Shown here: one piece after another, positions 11,201 to 26,200 of the stretch
Position numbering within the stretch: position 1 is the stretch's first letter
How the letters are laid out: every line of letters starts with the position of its first letter
Source of the DNA: Auanema rhodensis
Taxonomy: Eukaryota > Animalia > Nematoda
DNA: 64,000 bases
Reading direction: 5' to 3'
Assembly (NCBI GenBank): GCA_964057225.1
Contig: OZ059898.1
Location: 17,980,001-18,044,000, forward strand
The notes under the pieces: generated by a model
Databases searched by the model: none
Told to the model about the DNA's origin: nothing
The model's input: only the letters and a program-made list of their open reading frames with translations
Made by a program: the position numbers and the translations under genes

Positions 11201-14200
11201 TGGTGCATGGTAACCATGACTTTGAAATTTACGTGAACTTTAATTTATGCTAATTAAGTGTACACATGATGTGCACTCGGTATGTAACTCGCATCACGTG
11301 AAAGATAAAGAGATGCGGTTTTCAAAATTAGATTCCGCATGTCCATATTAGTCTAAAAACAAATTTTTATTGATATTGGTGCATGGTAACCATGACTTTG
11401 AAATTTACGTGAACTTTAATTTATGCTAATTAAGTGTACACGTGAAGTGCACTTGGTATGTAACTCGCTTCACGTGAAAGATAAAGAGATGCGATTTTCA
11501 AAATTAGATTCCCCATGTCCATATTAGTCTAAAAACAAATTTTTATTGATATTGGTGCATGGTAACCATGACTTTGAAATTTACGTGAACTTTAATTTAT
11601 GCTAATTAAGTGTACACATGATGTGCACTCGGTATGTAACTCGCTTCACGTGAAAGATAAAGAGATGCGGTTTTCAAAATTAGATTCCGCATGTCCATAT
11701 TAGTCTAAAAACAAATTTTTATTGATATTGGTGCATGGTAACCATGACTTTGAAATTTACGTGAACTTTAATTTATGCTAATTAAGTGTACACGTGATGT
11801 GCACTTGGTATGTAACTCGCTTCACGTGAAAGATAAAGAGATGCGGTTTCCAAAATTAGATTCCCCATGTTTATATTAGTCTAAAAACAAATTTTTATTG
11901 ATATTGGTGCATGGCAACCATGACTTTAAAATCTACGAGTACTTTAATTTATGCTAATTAAGTGTACACATGATGTGCACTTGGTATGTAACTCGCTTCA
12001 CGTGAAAGATAAAGAGATGCGGTTTTCAAAATTAGATTCCTCATGTCCATATTAGTCTAAAAACGAATTTTTATTGATATTGATGCATGGTAACCATGAC
12101 TTTGAAATTTACGTGAACTTTAATTTATGCTTATTAAGTGTACACGTGATGTGCACTTGGTATGTAACTCGCTTCACGTGAAAGATAAAGGGATGCGGTT
12201 TTCAAAATTAGATTCCCCATGTCCATATTAGTCTAAAAACAAATTTTTGTTGATATTGGTGGATGGTAACCATGACTTTGAAATTTACGTGAACTTTAAT
12301 TTATGCTAATTAAGTGTACACGTGATGTGCACTTGGTATGTAACTCGCTTCACGTGAAAGATGAAGAGATGCGGTTTTCAAAATTAGGTTCCCCATGTCC
12401 ATATTAGTCTAAAAACAAATTTTTGTTGATATTGGTGGATGGTAACCATGACTTTCAAATTTACGTGAACTTTAATTTATGCTAATTAAGTGTACACATG
12501 ATGTGCACTTGGTATGTAACTCGCTTCACGTGAAAGATAAAGAGATGCGGTTTTCAAAATTAGATTTCGCATGTCCATATTAGTCTAAAAACAAATTTTT
12601 ATTGATATTGGTGCATGGTAACCATGACTTTGAAATTTACGTGAACTTTAATTTATGCTAATTAAGTGTACACGTGATGTGCACTTGGTATGTAACTCGC
12701 TTCATGTGAAAGATAAAGAGATGCGGTTTTCAAAATTAGATTCCCCATGTCCATATTAGTCTAAAAACAAATTTTTATTGATATTGGTGCATGGTAACCA
12801 TGACTTTGAAATTTACGTGAACTTTAATTTATGCTAATTAAGTGTACACGTGAAGTGCACTTGGTATGTAACTCGCTTCACGTGAAAGATAAAGAGATGC
12901 GGTTTTCAAAATTAGATTCCCCATGTCCATATTAGTCTAAAAACAAATTTTTATTGATATTGGTGCATGGTAACCATGACTTTGAAATTTACGTGAACTT
13001 TAATTTATGCTAATTAAGTGTACACATGATGTGCACTCGGTATGTAACTCGCTTCACGTGAAAGATAAAGAGATGCGGTTTTCAAAATTAGATTCCGCAT
13101 GTCCATATTAGTCTAAAAACAAATTTTTATTGATATTGGTGCATGGTAACCATGACTTTGAAATTTACGTGAACTTTAATTTATGCTAATTAAGTGTACA
13201 CGTGATGTGCACTTGGTATGTAACTCGCTTCACGTGAAAGATAAAGAGATGCGGTTTCCAAAATTAGATTTCGCATGTCCATATTAGTCTAAAAACAAAT
13301 TTTTGTTGATATTTGTGGATGGTAACCATGACTTTGAAATTTACGTGAACTTTAATTTATGCTAATTAAGTGTACACGTGATGTGCACTTGGTATGTAAC
13401 TCGCTTTACGTGAAAGATGAAGAGATGCGGTTTTCAAAATTAGGTTCCCCATGTCCATATTAGTCTAAAAACAAATTTTTATTGATATTGGTGCATGGTA
13501 ACCATGACTTTGAAATTTACGTGAACTTTAATTTATGCTAATTAAGTGTACACGTGAAGTGCACTTGGTATGTAACTCGCTTCACGTGAAAGATAAAGAG
13601 ATGCGATTTTCAAAATTAGATTTCGCATGTCCATATTAGTCTAAAAACGAATTTTTATTGATATTGGTGCATGGTAACCATGACTTTGAAATTTACGTGA
13701 ACTTTAATTTATGCTAATTAAGTGTACACGTGATGTGCACTTGGTATGTAACTCGCTTCACGTGAAAGATAAAGAGATGCGGTTTTCAAAATTAGATTCC
13801 CCATGTCCATATTAGTCTAAAAACAAATTTTTATTGATATTGGTGCATGGTAACCATGACTTTGAAATTTACGTGAACTTTAATTTATGCTAATTAAGTG
13901 TACACGTGAAGTGCACTTGGTATGTAACTCGCTTCACGTGAAAGATAAAGAGATGCGGTTTTCAAAATTAGATTCCCCATGTCCATATTAGTCTAAAAAC
14001 AAATTTTTATTGATATTGGTGCATGGTAACCATGACTTTGAAATTTACGTGAACTTTAATTTATGCTAATTAAGTGTACACATGATGTGCACTCGGTATG
14101 TAACTCGCTTCACGTGAAAGATAAAGAGATGCGGTTTTCAAAATTAGATTCCGCTTGTCCATATTAGTCTAAAAACAAATTTTTATTGATATTGGTGCAT

Positions 14201-17200
14201 GGTAACCATGACTTTGAAATTTACGTGAACTTTAATTTATGCTAATTAAATGTACACGTGATGTGCACTTGGTATGTAACTCGCTTCACGTGAAAGATAA
14301 AGAGATGCGGTTTCCAAAATTAGATTTCGCATGTCCATATTAGTCTAAAAACAAATTTTTGTTGATATTTGTGGATGGTAACCATGACTTTGAAATTTAC
14401 GTGAACTTTAATTTATGCTAATTAAGTGTACACGTGATGTGCACTTGGTATGTAACTCGCTTCACGTGAAAGATGAAGAGATGCGGTTTTCAAAATTAGG
14501 TTCCCCATGTCCATATTAGTCTAAAAACAAATTTTTATTGATATTGGTGCATGGTAACCATGACTTTGAAATTTACGTGAACTTTAATTTATGCTAATTA
14601 AGTGTACACGTGAAGTGCACTTGGTGTGTAACTCGCTTCACGTGAAAGATAAAGAGATGCGGTTTTCAAAATTAGATTCCCCATGACCATATTAGTCTAA
14701 AAACAAATTTTTATTGATATTGGTGCATGGTAACCATGACTTTGAAATTTACGTGAACTTTAATTTATGCTAATTAAGTGTACACATGATGTGCACTCGG
14801 TATGTAACTCGCTTCACGTGAAAGATAAAGAGATACGGTTTTCAAAATTAGATTCCGCATGTCCATATTAGTCTAAAAACAAATTTTTATTGATATTGGT
14901 GCATGGTAACCATGACTTTGAAATTTACGTGAACTTTAATTTATGCTAATTAAGTGTACACGTGATGTGCACTTGGTATGTAACTCGCTTCACGTGAAAG
15001 ATAAAGAGATGCGGTTTCCAAAATTAGATTTCGCATGTCCATATTAGTCTAAAAACAAATTTTTATTGATATTGGTGCATGGTAACCATGACTTTGAAAT
15101 TTACGTGAACTTCAATTTATGCTAATTAAGTGTACACGTGATGTGCACTTGGTATGTAACTCGCTTCACGTGAAAGATAAAGAGATGCGGTTTTCAAAAT
15201 TAGATTCCCCATGTTTATATTAGTCTAAAAACAAATTTTTATTGATATTGGTGCATGGCAACCATGACTTTAAAATCTACGAGTACTTTAATTTATGCTA
15301 ATTAAGTGTACACATGATGTGCACTTGGTATGTAACTCGCTTCACGTGAAAGATAAAGAGGTGCGGTTTTCAAAATTAGATTCCTCATGTCCATATTAGT
15401 CTAAAAACGAATTTTTATTGATATTGATGCATGGTAACCATGACTTTGAAATTTACGTGAACTTTAATTTATGCTTATTAAGTGTACACGTGATGTGCAC
15501 TTGGTATGTAACTCGCTTCACGTGAAAGATAAAGGGATGCGGTTTTCAAAAGTAGATTCCCCATGTCCATATTAGTTTAAAAACAAATTTTTGTTGATAT
15601 TGGTGGATGGTAACCATGACTTTGAAATTTACGTGAACTTTAATTTATGCTAATTAAGTGTACACGTGATGTGCACTTGGTATGTAACTCGCTTCACGTG
15701 AAAGATGAAGAGATGCGGTTTTCAAAATTAGGTTCCCCATGTCCATATTAGTCTAAAAACAAATTTTTGTTGATATTGGTGGATGGTAACCATGACTTTC
15801 AAATTTACGTGAACTTTAATTCATGCTAATTAAGTGTACACATGATGTGCACTTGGTATGTAACTCGCTTCACGTGAAAGATAAAGAGATGCGGTTTTCA
15901 AAATTAGATTCCCCATGTCCATATTAGTCTAAAAACAAATTTTTATTGATATTGGTGCATGGTAACCATGACTTTGAAATTTACGTGAACTTTAATTTAT
16001 GCTAATTAAGTGTACACGTGAAGTGCACTTGGTATGTAACTCGCTTCACGTGAAAGATAAAGAGATGCGGTTTTCAAAATTAGATTCCCCATGTCCATAT
16101 TAGTCTAAAAACAAATTTTTATTGATATTGGTGCATGGTAACCATGACTTTGAAATTTACGTGAACTTTAATTTATGCTAATTAAGTGTACACATGATGT
16201 GCACTCGGTATGTAACTCGCTTCACGTGAAAGATAAAGAGATGCGATTTTCAAAATTAGATTCCCCATGTCCATATTAGTCTAAAAACAAATTTTTATTG
16301 ATATTGGTGCATGGTAACCATGACTTTGAAATTTACGTGAACTTTAATTTATGCTAATTAAGTGTACACATGATGTGCACTCGGTATGTAACTCGCTTCA
16401 CGTGAAAGATAAAGAGATGCGGTTTTCAAAATTAGATTCCGCATGTCCATATTAGTCTAAAAACAAATTTTTATTGATATTGGTGCATGGTAACCATGAC
16501 TTTGAAATTTACGTGAACTTTAATTTATGCTAATTAAGTGTACACGTGATGTGCACTTGGTATGTAACTCGCTTCACGTGAAAGATAAAGAGATGCGGTT
16601 TCCAAAATTAGATTCCCCATGTTTATATTAGTCTAAAAACAAATTTTTATTGATATTGGTGCATGGCAACCATGACTTTAAAATCTACGAATACTTTAAT
16701 TTATGCTAATTAAGTGTACACATGATGTGCACTTGGTATGTAACTCGCTTCACGTGAAAGATAAAGAGATGCGGTTTTCAAAATTAGATTCCTCATGTCC
16801 ATATTAGTCTAAAAACGAATTTTTATTGATATTGATGCATGGTAACCATGACTTTGAAATTTACGTGAACTTTAATTTATGCTTATTAAGTGTACACGTG
16901 ATGTGCACTTGGTATGTAACTCGCTTCACGTGAAAGATAAAGGGATGCGGTTTTCAAAATTAGATTCCCCATGTCCATATTAGTCTAAAAACAAATTTTT
17001 GTTGATATTGGTGGATGGTAACCATGACTTTGAAATTTACGTGAACTTTAATTTATGCTAATTAAGTGTACACGTGATGTGCACTTGGTATGTAACTCGC
17101 TTCACGTGAAAGATGAAGAGATGCGGTTTTCAAAATTAGGTTCCCCATGTCCATATTAGTCTAAAAACAAATTTTTGTTGATATTGGTGGATGGTAACCA

Positions 17201-20200
17201 TGACTTTCAAATTTACGTGAACTTTAATTTATGCTAATTAAGTGTACACATGATGTGCACTTGGTATGTAACTCGCTTCACGTGAAAGATAAAGAGATGC
17301 GGTTTTCAAAATTAGATTTCGCATGTCCATATTAGTCTAAAAACAAATTTTTATTGATATTGGTGCATGGTAACCATGACTTTGAAATTTACGTGAACTT
17401 TAATTTATGCTAATTAAGTGTACACGTGATGTGCACTTGGTATGTAACTCGCTTCACGTGAAAGATAAAGAGATGCGGTTTTCAAAATTAGATTCCCCAT
17501 GTCCATATTAGTCTAAAAACAAATTTTTATTGATATTGGTGCATGGTAACCATGACTTTGAAATTTACGTGAACTTTAATTTATGCTAATTAAGTGTACA
17601 CATGATGTGCACTCGGTATGTAACTCGCTTCACGTGAAAGATAAAGAGATGCGGTTTTCAAAATTAGATTCCCCATGTCCATATTAGTCTAAAAACAAAT
17701 TTTTATTGATATTGGTGCATGGTAACCATGACTTTGAAATTTACGTGAACTTTAATTTATGCTAATTAAGTGTACACGTGATGTGCACTTGGTATGTAAC
17801 TCGCTTCACGTGAAAGATAAAGAGATGCGGTTTCCAAAATTAGATTTCGCATGTCCATATTAGTCTAAAAACAAATTTTTGTTGATATTTGTGGATGGTA
17901 ACCATGACTTTGAAATTTACGTGAACTTTAATTTATGCTAATTAAGTGTACACGTGATGTGCACTTGGTATGTAACTCGCTTTACGTGAAAGATGAAGAG
18001 ATGCGGTTTTCAAAATTAGGTTCCCCATGTCCATATTAGTCTAAAAACAAATTTTTATTGATATTGGTGCATGGTAACCATGACTTTGAAATTTACGTGA
18101 ACTTTAATTTATGCTAATTAAGTGTACACGTGAAGTGCACTTGGTATGTAACTCGCTTCACGTGAAAGATAAAGAGATGCGATTTTCAAAATTAGATTTC
18201 GCATGTCCATATTAGTCTAAAAACGAATTTTTATTGATATTGGTGCATGGTAACCATGACTTTGAAATTTACGTGAACTTTAATTTATGCTAATTAAGTG
18301 TACACGTGATGTGCACTTGGTATGTAACTCGCTTCACGTGAAAGATAAAGAGATGCGGTTTTCAAAATTAGATTCCCCATGTCCATATTAGTCTAAAAAC
18401 AAATTTTTATTGATATTGGTGCATGGTAACCATGACTTTGAAATTTACGTGAACTTTAATTTATGCTAATTAAGTGTACACGTGAAGTGCACTTGGTATG
18501 TAACTCGCTTCACGTGAAAGATAAAGAGATGCGGTTTTCAAAATTAGATTCCCCATGTCCATATTAGTCTAAAAACAAATTTTTATTGATATTGGTGCAT
18601 GGTAACCATGACTTTGAAATTTACGTGAACTTTAATTTATGCTAATTAAGTGTACACATGATGTGCACTCGGTATGTAACTCGCTTCACGTGAAAGATAA
18701 AGAGATGCGGTTTTCAAAATTAGATTCCGCTTGTCCATATTAGTCTAAAAACAAATTTTTATTGATATTGGTGCATGGTAACCATGACTTTGAAATTTAC
18801 GTGAACTTTAATTTATGCTAATTAAGTGTACACGTGATGTGCACTTGGTATGTAACTCGCTTCACGTGAAAGATAAAGAGATGCGGTTTCCAAAATTAGA
18901 TTTCGCATGTCCATATTAGTCTAAAAACAAATTTTTGTTGATATTTGTGGATGGTAACCATGACTTTGAAATTTACGTGAACTTTAATTTATGCTAATTA
19001 AGTGTACACGTGATGTGCACTTGGTATGTAACTCGCTTCACGTGAAAGATGAAGAGATGCGGTTTTCAAAATTAGGTTCCCCATGTCCATATTAGTCTAA
19101 AAACAAATTTTTATTGATATTGGTGCATGGTAACCATGACTTTGAAATTTACGTGAACTTTAATTTATGCTAATTAAGTGTACACGTGAAGTGCACTTGG
19201 TGTGTAACTCGCTTCACGTGAAAGATAAAGAGATGCGGTTTTCAAAATTAGATTCCCCATGACCATATTAGTCTAAAAACAAATTTTTATTGATATTGGT
19301 GCATGGTAACCATGACTTTGAAATTTACGTGAACTTTAATTTATGCTAATTAAGTGTACACATGATGTGCACTCGGTATGTAACTCGCTTCACGTGAAAG
19401 ATAAAGAGATACGGTTTTCAAAATTAGATTCCGCATGTCCATATTAGTCTAAAAACAAATTTTTATTGATATTGGTGCATGGTAACCATGACTTTGAAAT
19501 TTACGTGAACTTTAATTTATGCTAATTAAGTGTACACGTGATGTGCACTTGGTATGTAACTCGCTTCACGTGAAAGATAAAGAGATGCGGTTTCCAAAAT
19601 TAGATTTCGCATGTCCATATTAGTCTAAAAACAAATTTTTATTGATATTGGTGCATGGTAACCATGACTTTGAAATTTACGTGAACTTCAATTTATGCTA
19701 ATTAAGTGTACACGTGATGTGCACTTGGTATGTAACTCGCTTCACGTGAAAGATAAAGAGATGCGGTTTTCAAAATTAGATTCCCCATGTTTATATTAGT
19801 CTAAAAACAAATTTTTATTGATATTGGTGCATGGCAACCATGACTTTAAAATCTACGAGTACTTTAATTTATGCTAATTAAGTGTACACATGATGTGCAC
19901 TTGGTATGTAACTCGCTTCACGTGAAAGATAAAGAGGTGCGGTTTTCAAAATTAGATTCCTCATGTCCATATTAGTCTAAAAACGAATTTTTATTGATAT
20001 TGATGCATGGTAACCATGACTTTGAAATTTACGTGAACTTTAATTTATGCTTATTAAGTGTACACGTGATGTGCACTTGGTATGTAACTCGCTTCACGTG
20101 AAAGATAAAGGGATGCGGTTTTCAAAATTAGATTCCCCATGTCCATATTAGTCTAAAAACAAATTTTTGTTGATATTGGTGGATGGTAACCATGACTTTG

Positions 20201-23200
20201 AAATTTACGTGAACTTTAATTTATGCTAATTAAGTGTACACGTGATGTGCACTTGGTATGTAACTCGCTTCACGTGAAAGATGAAGAGATGCGGTTTTCA
20301 AAATTAGGTTCCCCATGTCCATATTAGTCTAAAAACAAATTTTTGTTGATATTGGTGGATGGTAACCATGACTTTCAAATTTACGTGAACTTTAATTCAT
20401 GCTAATTAAGTGTACACATGATGTGCACTTGGTATGTAACTCGCTTCACGTGAAAGATAAAGAGATGCGGTTTTCAAAATTAGATTCCCCATGTCCATAT
20501 TAGTCTAAAAACAAATTTTTATTGATATTGGTGCATGGTAACCATGACTTTGAAATTTACGTGAACTTTAATTTATGCTAATTAAGTGTACACGTGAAGT
20601 GCACTTGGTATGTAACTCGCTTCACGTGAAAGATAAAGAGATGCGGTTTTCAAAATTAGATTCCCCATGTCCATATTAGTCTAAAAACAAATTTTTATTG
20701 ATATTGGTGCATGGTAACCATGACTTTGAAATTTACGTGAACTTTAATTTATGCTAATTAAGTGTACACATGATGTGCACTCGGTATGTAACTCGCTTCA
20801 CGTGAAAGATAAAGAGATGCGGTTTTCAAAATTAGATTCCGCATGTCCATATTAGTCTAAAAACAAATTTTTATTGATATTGGTGCATGGTAACCATGAC
20901 TTTGAAATTTACGTGAACTTTAATTTATGCTAATTAAGTGTACACGTGATGTGCACTTGGTATGTAACTCGCTTCACGTGAAAGATAAAGAGATGCGGTT
21001 TCCAAAATTAGATTTCGCATGTCCATATTAGTCTAAAAACAAATTTTTGTTGATATTTGTGGATGGTAACCATGACTTTGAAATTTACGTGAACTTTAAT
21101 TTATGCTAATTAAGTGTACACGTGATGTGCACTTGGTATGTAACTCGCTTCACGTGAAAGATGAAGAGATGCGGTTTTCAAAATTAGGTTCCCCATGTCC
21201 ATATTAGTCTAAAAACAAATTTTTATTGATATTGGTGCATGGTAACCATGACTTTGAAATTTACGTGAACTTTAATTTATGCTAATTAAGTGTACACGTG
21301 AAGTGCACTTGGTATGTAACTCGCTTCACGTGAAAGATAAAGAGATGCGGTTTTCAAAATTAGATTCCCCATGTCCATATTAGTCTAAAAACAAATTTTT
21401 ATTGATATTGGTGCATGGTAACCATGACTTTGAAATTTACGTGAACTTTAATTTATGCTAATTAAGTGTACACATGATGTGCACTCGGTATGTAACTCGC
21501 TTCACGTGAAAGATAAAGAGATGCGGTTTTCAAAATTAGATTCCGCATGTCCATATTAGTCTAAAAACAAATTTTTATTGATATTGGTGCATGGTAACCA
21601 TGACTTTGAAATTTACGTGAACTTTAATTTATGCTAATTAAGTGTACACGTGATGTGCACTTGGTATGTAACTCGCTTCACGTGAAAGATAAAGAGATGC
21701 GGTTTCCAAAATTAGATTTCGCATGTCCATATTAGTCTAAAAACAAATTTTTGTTGATATTTGTGGATGGTAACCATGACTTTGAAATTTACGTGAACTT
21801 TAATTTATGCTAATTAAGTGTACACGTGATGTGCACTTGGTATGTAACTCGCTTCACGTGAAAGATGAAGAGATGCGGTTTTCAAAATTAGGTTCCCCAT
21901 GTCCATATTAGTCTAAAAACAAATTTTTATTGATATTGGTGCATGGTAACCATGACTTTGAAATTTACGTGAACTTTAATTTATGCTAATTAAGTGTACA
22001 CGTGAAGTGCACTTGGTATGTAACTCGCTTCACGTGAAAGATAAAGAGATGCGGTTTTCAAAATTAGATTCCCCATGTCCATATTAGTCTAAAAACAAAT
22101 TTTTATTGATATTGGTGCATGGTAACCATGACTTTGAAATTTACGTGAACTTTAATTTATGCTAATTAAGTGTACACATGATGTGCACTCGGTATGTAAC
22201 TCGCTTCACGTGAAAGATAAAGAGATGCGGTTTTCAAAATTAGATTCCGCATGTCCATATTAGTCTAAAAACAAATTTTTATTGATATTGGTGCATGGTA
22301 ACCATGACTTTGAAATTTACGTGAACTTTAATTTATGCTAATTAAGTGTACACGTGATGTGCACTTGGTATGTAACTCGCTTCACGTGAAAGATAAAGAG
22401 ATGCGGTTTCCAAAATTAGATTTCGCATGTCCATATTAGTCTAAAAACAAATTTTTGTTGATATTTGTGGATGGTAACCATGACTTTGAAATTTACGTGA
22501 ACTTTAATTTATGCTAATTAAGTGTACACGTGAAGTGCACTTGGTATGTAACTCGCTTCACGTGAAAGATAAAGAGATGCGGTTTTCAAAATTAGATTCC
22601 CCATGACCATATTAGTCTAAAAACAAATTTTTATTGATATTGGTGCATGGTAACCATGACTTTGAAATTTACGTGAACTTTAATTTATGCTAATTAAGTG
22701 TACACATGATGTGCACTCGGTATGTAACTCGCTTCACGTGAAAGATAAAGAGATGCGGTTTTCAAAATTAGATTCCGCATGTCCATATTAGTCTAAAAAC
22801 AAATTTTTATTGATATTGGTGCATGGTAACCATGACTTTGAAATTTACGTGAACTTTAATTTATGCTAATTAAGTGTACACGTGATGTGCACTTGGTATG
22901 TAACTCGCTTCACGTGAAAGATAAAGAGATGCGGTTTCCAAAATTAGATTTCGCATGTCCATATTAGTCTAAAAACAAATTTTTATTGATATTGGTGCAT
23001 GGTAACCATGACTTTGAAATTTACGTGAACTTCAATTTATGCTAATTAAGTGTACACGTGATGTGCACTTGGTATGTAACTCGCTTCACGTGAAAGATAA
23101 AGAGATGCGGTTTTCAAAATTAGATTCCCCATGTTTATATTAGTCTAAAAACAAATTTTTATTGATATTGGTGCATGGCAACCATGACTTTAAAATCTAC

Positions 23201-26200
23201 GAGTACTTTAATTTATGCTAATTAAGTGTACACATGATGTGCACTTGGTATGTAACTCGCTTCACGTGAAAGATAAAGAGATGCGGTTTTCAAAATTAGA
23301 TTCCTCATGTCCATATTAGTCTAAAAACGAATTTTTATTGATATTGATGCATGGTAACCATGACTTTGAAATTTACGTGAACTTTAATTTATGCTTATTA
23401 AGTGTACACGTGATGTGCACTTGGTATGTAACTCGCTTCACGTGAAAGATAAAGGGATGCGGTTTTCAAAATTAGATTCCCCATGTCCATATTAGTCTAA
23501 AAACAAATTTTTGTTGATATTGGTGGATGGTAACCATGACTTTGAAATTTACGTGAACTTTAATTTATGCTAATTAAGTGTACACGTGATGTGCACTTGG
23601 TATGTAACTCGCTTCACGTGAAAGATGAAGAGATGCGGTTTTCAAAATTAGGTTCCCCATGTCCATATTAGTCTAAAAACAAATTTTTGTTGATATTGGT
23701 GGATGGTAACCATGACTTTCAAATTTACGTGAACTTTAATTCATGCTAATTAAGTGTACACATGATGTGCACTTGGTATGTAACTCGCTTCACGTGAAAG
23801 ATAAAGAGATGCGGTTTTCAAAATTAGATTTCGCATGTCCATATTAGTCTAAAAACAAATTTTTATTGATATTGGTGCATGGTAACCATGCCTTTGAAAT
23901 TTACGTGAACTTTAATTTATGCTAATTAAGTGTACACGTGATGTGCACTTGGTATGTAACTCGCTTCACGTGAAAGATAAAGAGATGCGGTTTCCAAAAT
24001 TAGATTTCGCATGTCCATATTAGTCTAAAAACAAATTTTTATTGATATTGGTGCATGGTAACCATGACTTTGAAATTTACGTGAACTTCAATTTATGCTA
24101 ATTAAGTGTACACGTGATGTGCACTTGGTATGTAACTCGCTTCACGTGAAAGATAAAGAGATGCGGTTTTCAAAATTAGATTCCCCATGTTTATATTAGT
24201 CTAAAAACAAATTTTTATTGATATTGGTGCATGGCAACCATGACTTTAAAATCTACGAGTACTTTAATTTATGCTAATTAAGTGTACACATGATGTGCAC
24301 TTGGTATGTAACTCGCTTCACGTGAAAGATAAAGAGATGCGGTTTTCAAAATTAGATTCCTCATGTCCATATTAGTCTAAAAACGAATTTTTATTGATAT
24401 TGATGCATGGTAACCATGACTTTGAAATTTACGTGAACTTTAATTTATGCTTATTAAGTGTACACGTGATGTGCACTTGGTATGTAACTCGCTTCACGTG
24501 AAAGATAAAGGGATGCGGTTTTCAAAATTAGATTCCCCATGTCCATATTAGTCTAAAAACAAATTTTTGTTGATATTGGTGGATGGTAACCATGACTTTG
24601 AAATTTACGTGAACTTTAATTTATGCTAATTAAGTGTACACGTGATGTGCACTTGGTATGTAACTCGCTTCACGTGAAAGATGAAGAGATGCGGTTTTCA
24701 AAATTAGGTTCCCCATGTCCATATTAGTCTAAAAACAAATTTTTGTTGATATTGGTGGATGGTAACCATGACTTTCAAATTTACGTGAACTTTAATTCAT
24801 GCTAATTAAGTGTACACATGATGTGCACTTGGTATGTAACTCGCTTCACGTGAAAGATAAAGAGATGCGGTTTTCAAAATTAGATTTCGCATGTCCATAT
24901 TAGTCTAAAAACAAATTTTTATTGATATTGGTGCATGGTAACCATGCCTTTGAAATTTACGTGAACTTTAATTTATGCTAATTAAGTGTACACGTGAAGT
25001 GCACTTGGTATGTAACTCGCTTCACGTGAAAGATAAAGAGATGCGGTTTTCAAAATTAGATTCCGCATGTCCATATTAGTCTAAAAACAAATTTTTATTG
25101 ATATTGGTGCATGGTAACCATGACTTTGAAATTTACGTGAACTTTAATTTATGCTAATTAAGTGTACACGTGATGTGCACTCGGTATGTAACTCGCTTCA
25201 CGTGAAAGATAAAGAGATGCGGTTTTCAAAATTAGATTCCGCATGTCCATATTAGTCTAAAAACAAATTTTTATTGATATTGGTGCATGGTAACCATGAC
25301 TTTGAAATTTACGTGAACTTTAATTTATGCTAATTAAGTGTACACGTGATGTGCACTTGGTATGTAACTCGCTTCACGTGAAAGATAAAGAGATGCGGTT
25401 TCCAAAATTAGATTTCGCATGTCCATATTAGTCTAAAAACAAATTTTTGTTGATATTTGTGGATGGTAACCATGACTTTGAAATTTACGTGAACTTTAAT
25501 TTATGCTAATTAAGTGTACACGTGATGTGCACTTGGTATGTAACTCGCTTTACGTGAAAGATGAAGAGATGCGGTTTTCAAAATTAGGTTCCCCATGTCC
25601 ATATTAGTCTAAAAACAAATTTTTATTGATATTGGTGCATGGTAACCATGACTTTGAAATTTACGTGAACTTTAATTTATGCTAATTAAGTGTACACGTG
25701 AAGTGCACTTGGTATGTAACTCGCTTCACGTGAAAGATAAAGAGATGCGATTTTCAAAATAAGATTTCGCATGTCCATATTAGTCTAAAAACGAATTTTT
25801 ATTGATATTGGTGCATGGTAACCATGACTTTGAAATTTACGTGAACTTTAATTTATGCTAATTAAGTGTACACGTGATGTGCACTTGGTATGTAACTCGC
25901 TTCACGTGAAAGATAAAGAGATGCGGTTTTCAAAATTAGATTCCCCATGTCCATATTAGTCTAAAAACAAATTTTTATTGATATTGGTGCATGGTAACCA
26001 TGACTTTGAAATTTACGTGAACTTTAATTTATGCTAATTAAGTGTACACGTGAAGTGCACTTGGTATGTAACTCGCTTCACGTGAAAGATAAAGAGATGC
26101 GGTTTTCAAAATTAGATTCCCCATGTCCATATTAGTCTAAAAACAAATTTTTATTGATATTGGTGCATGGTAACCATGACTTTGAAATTTACGTGAACTT

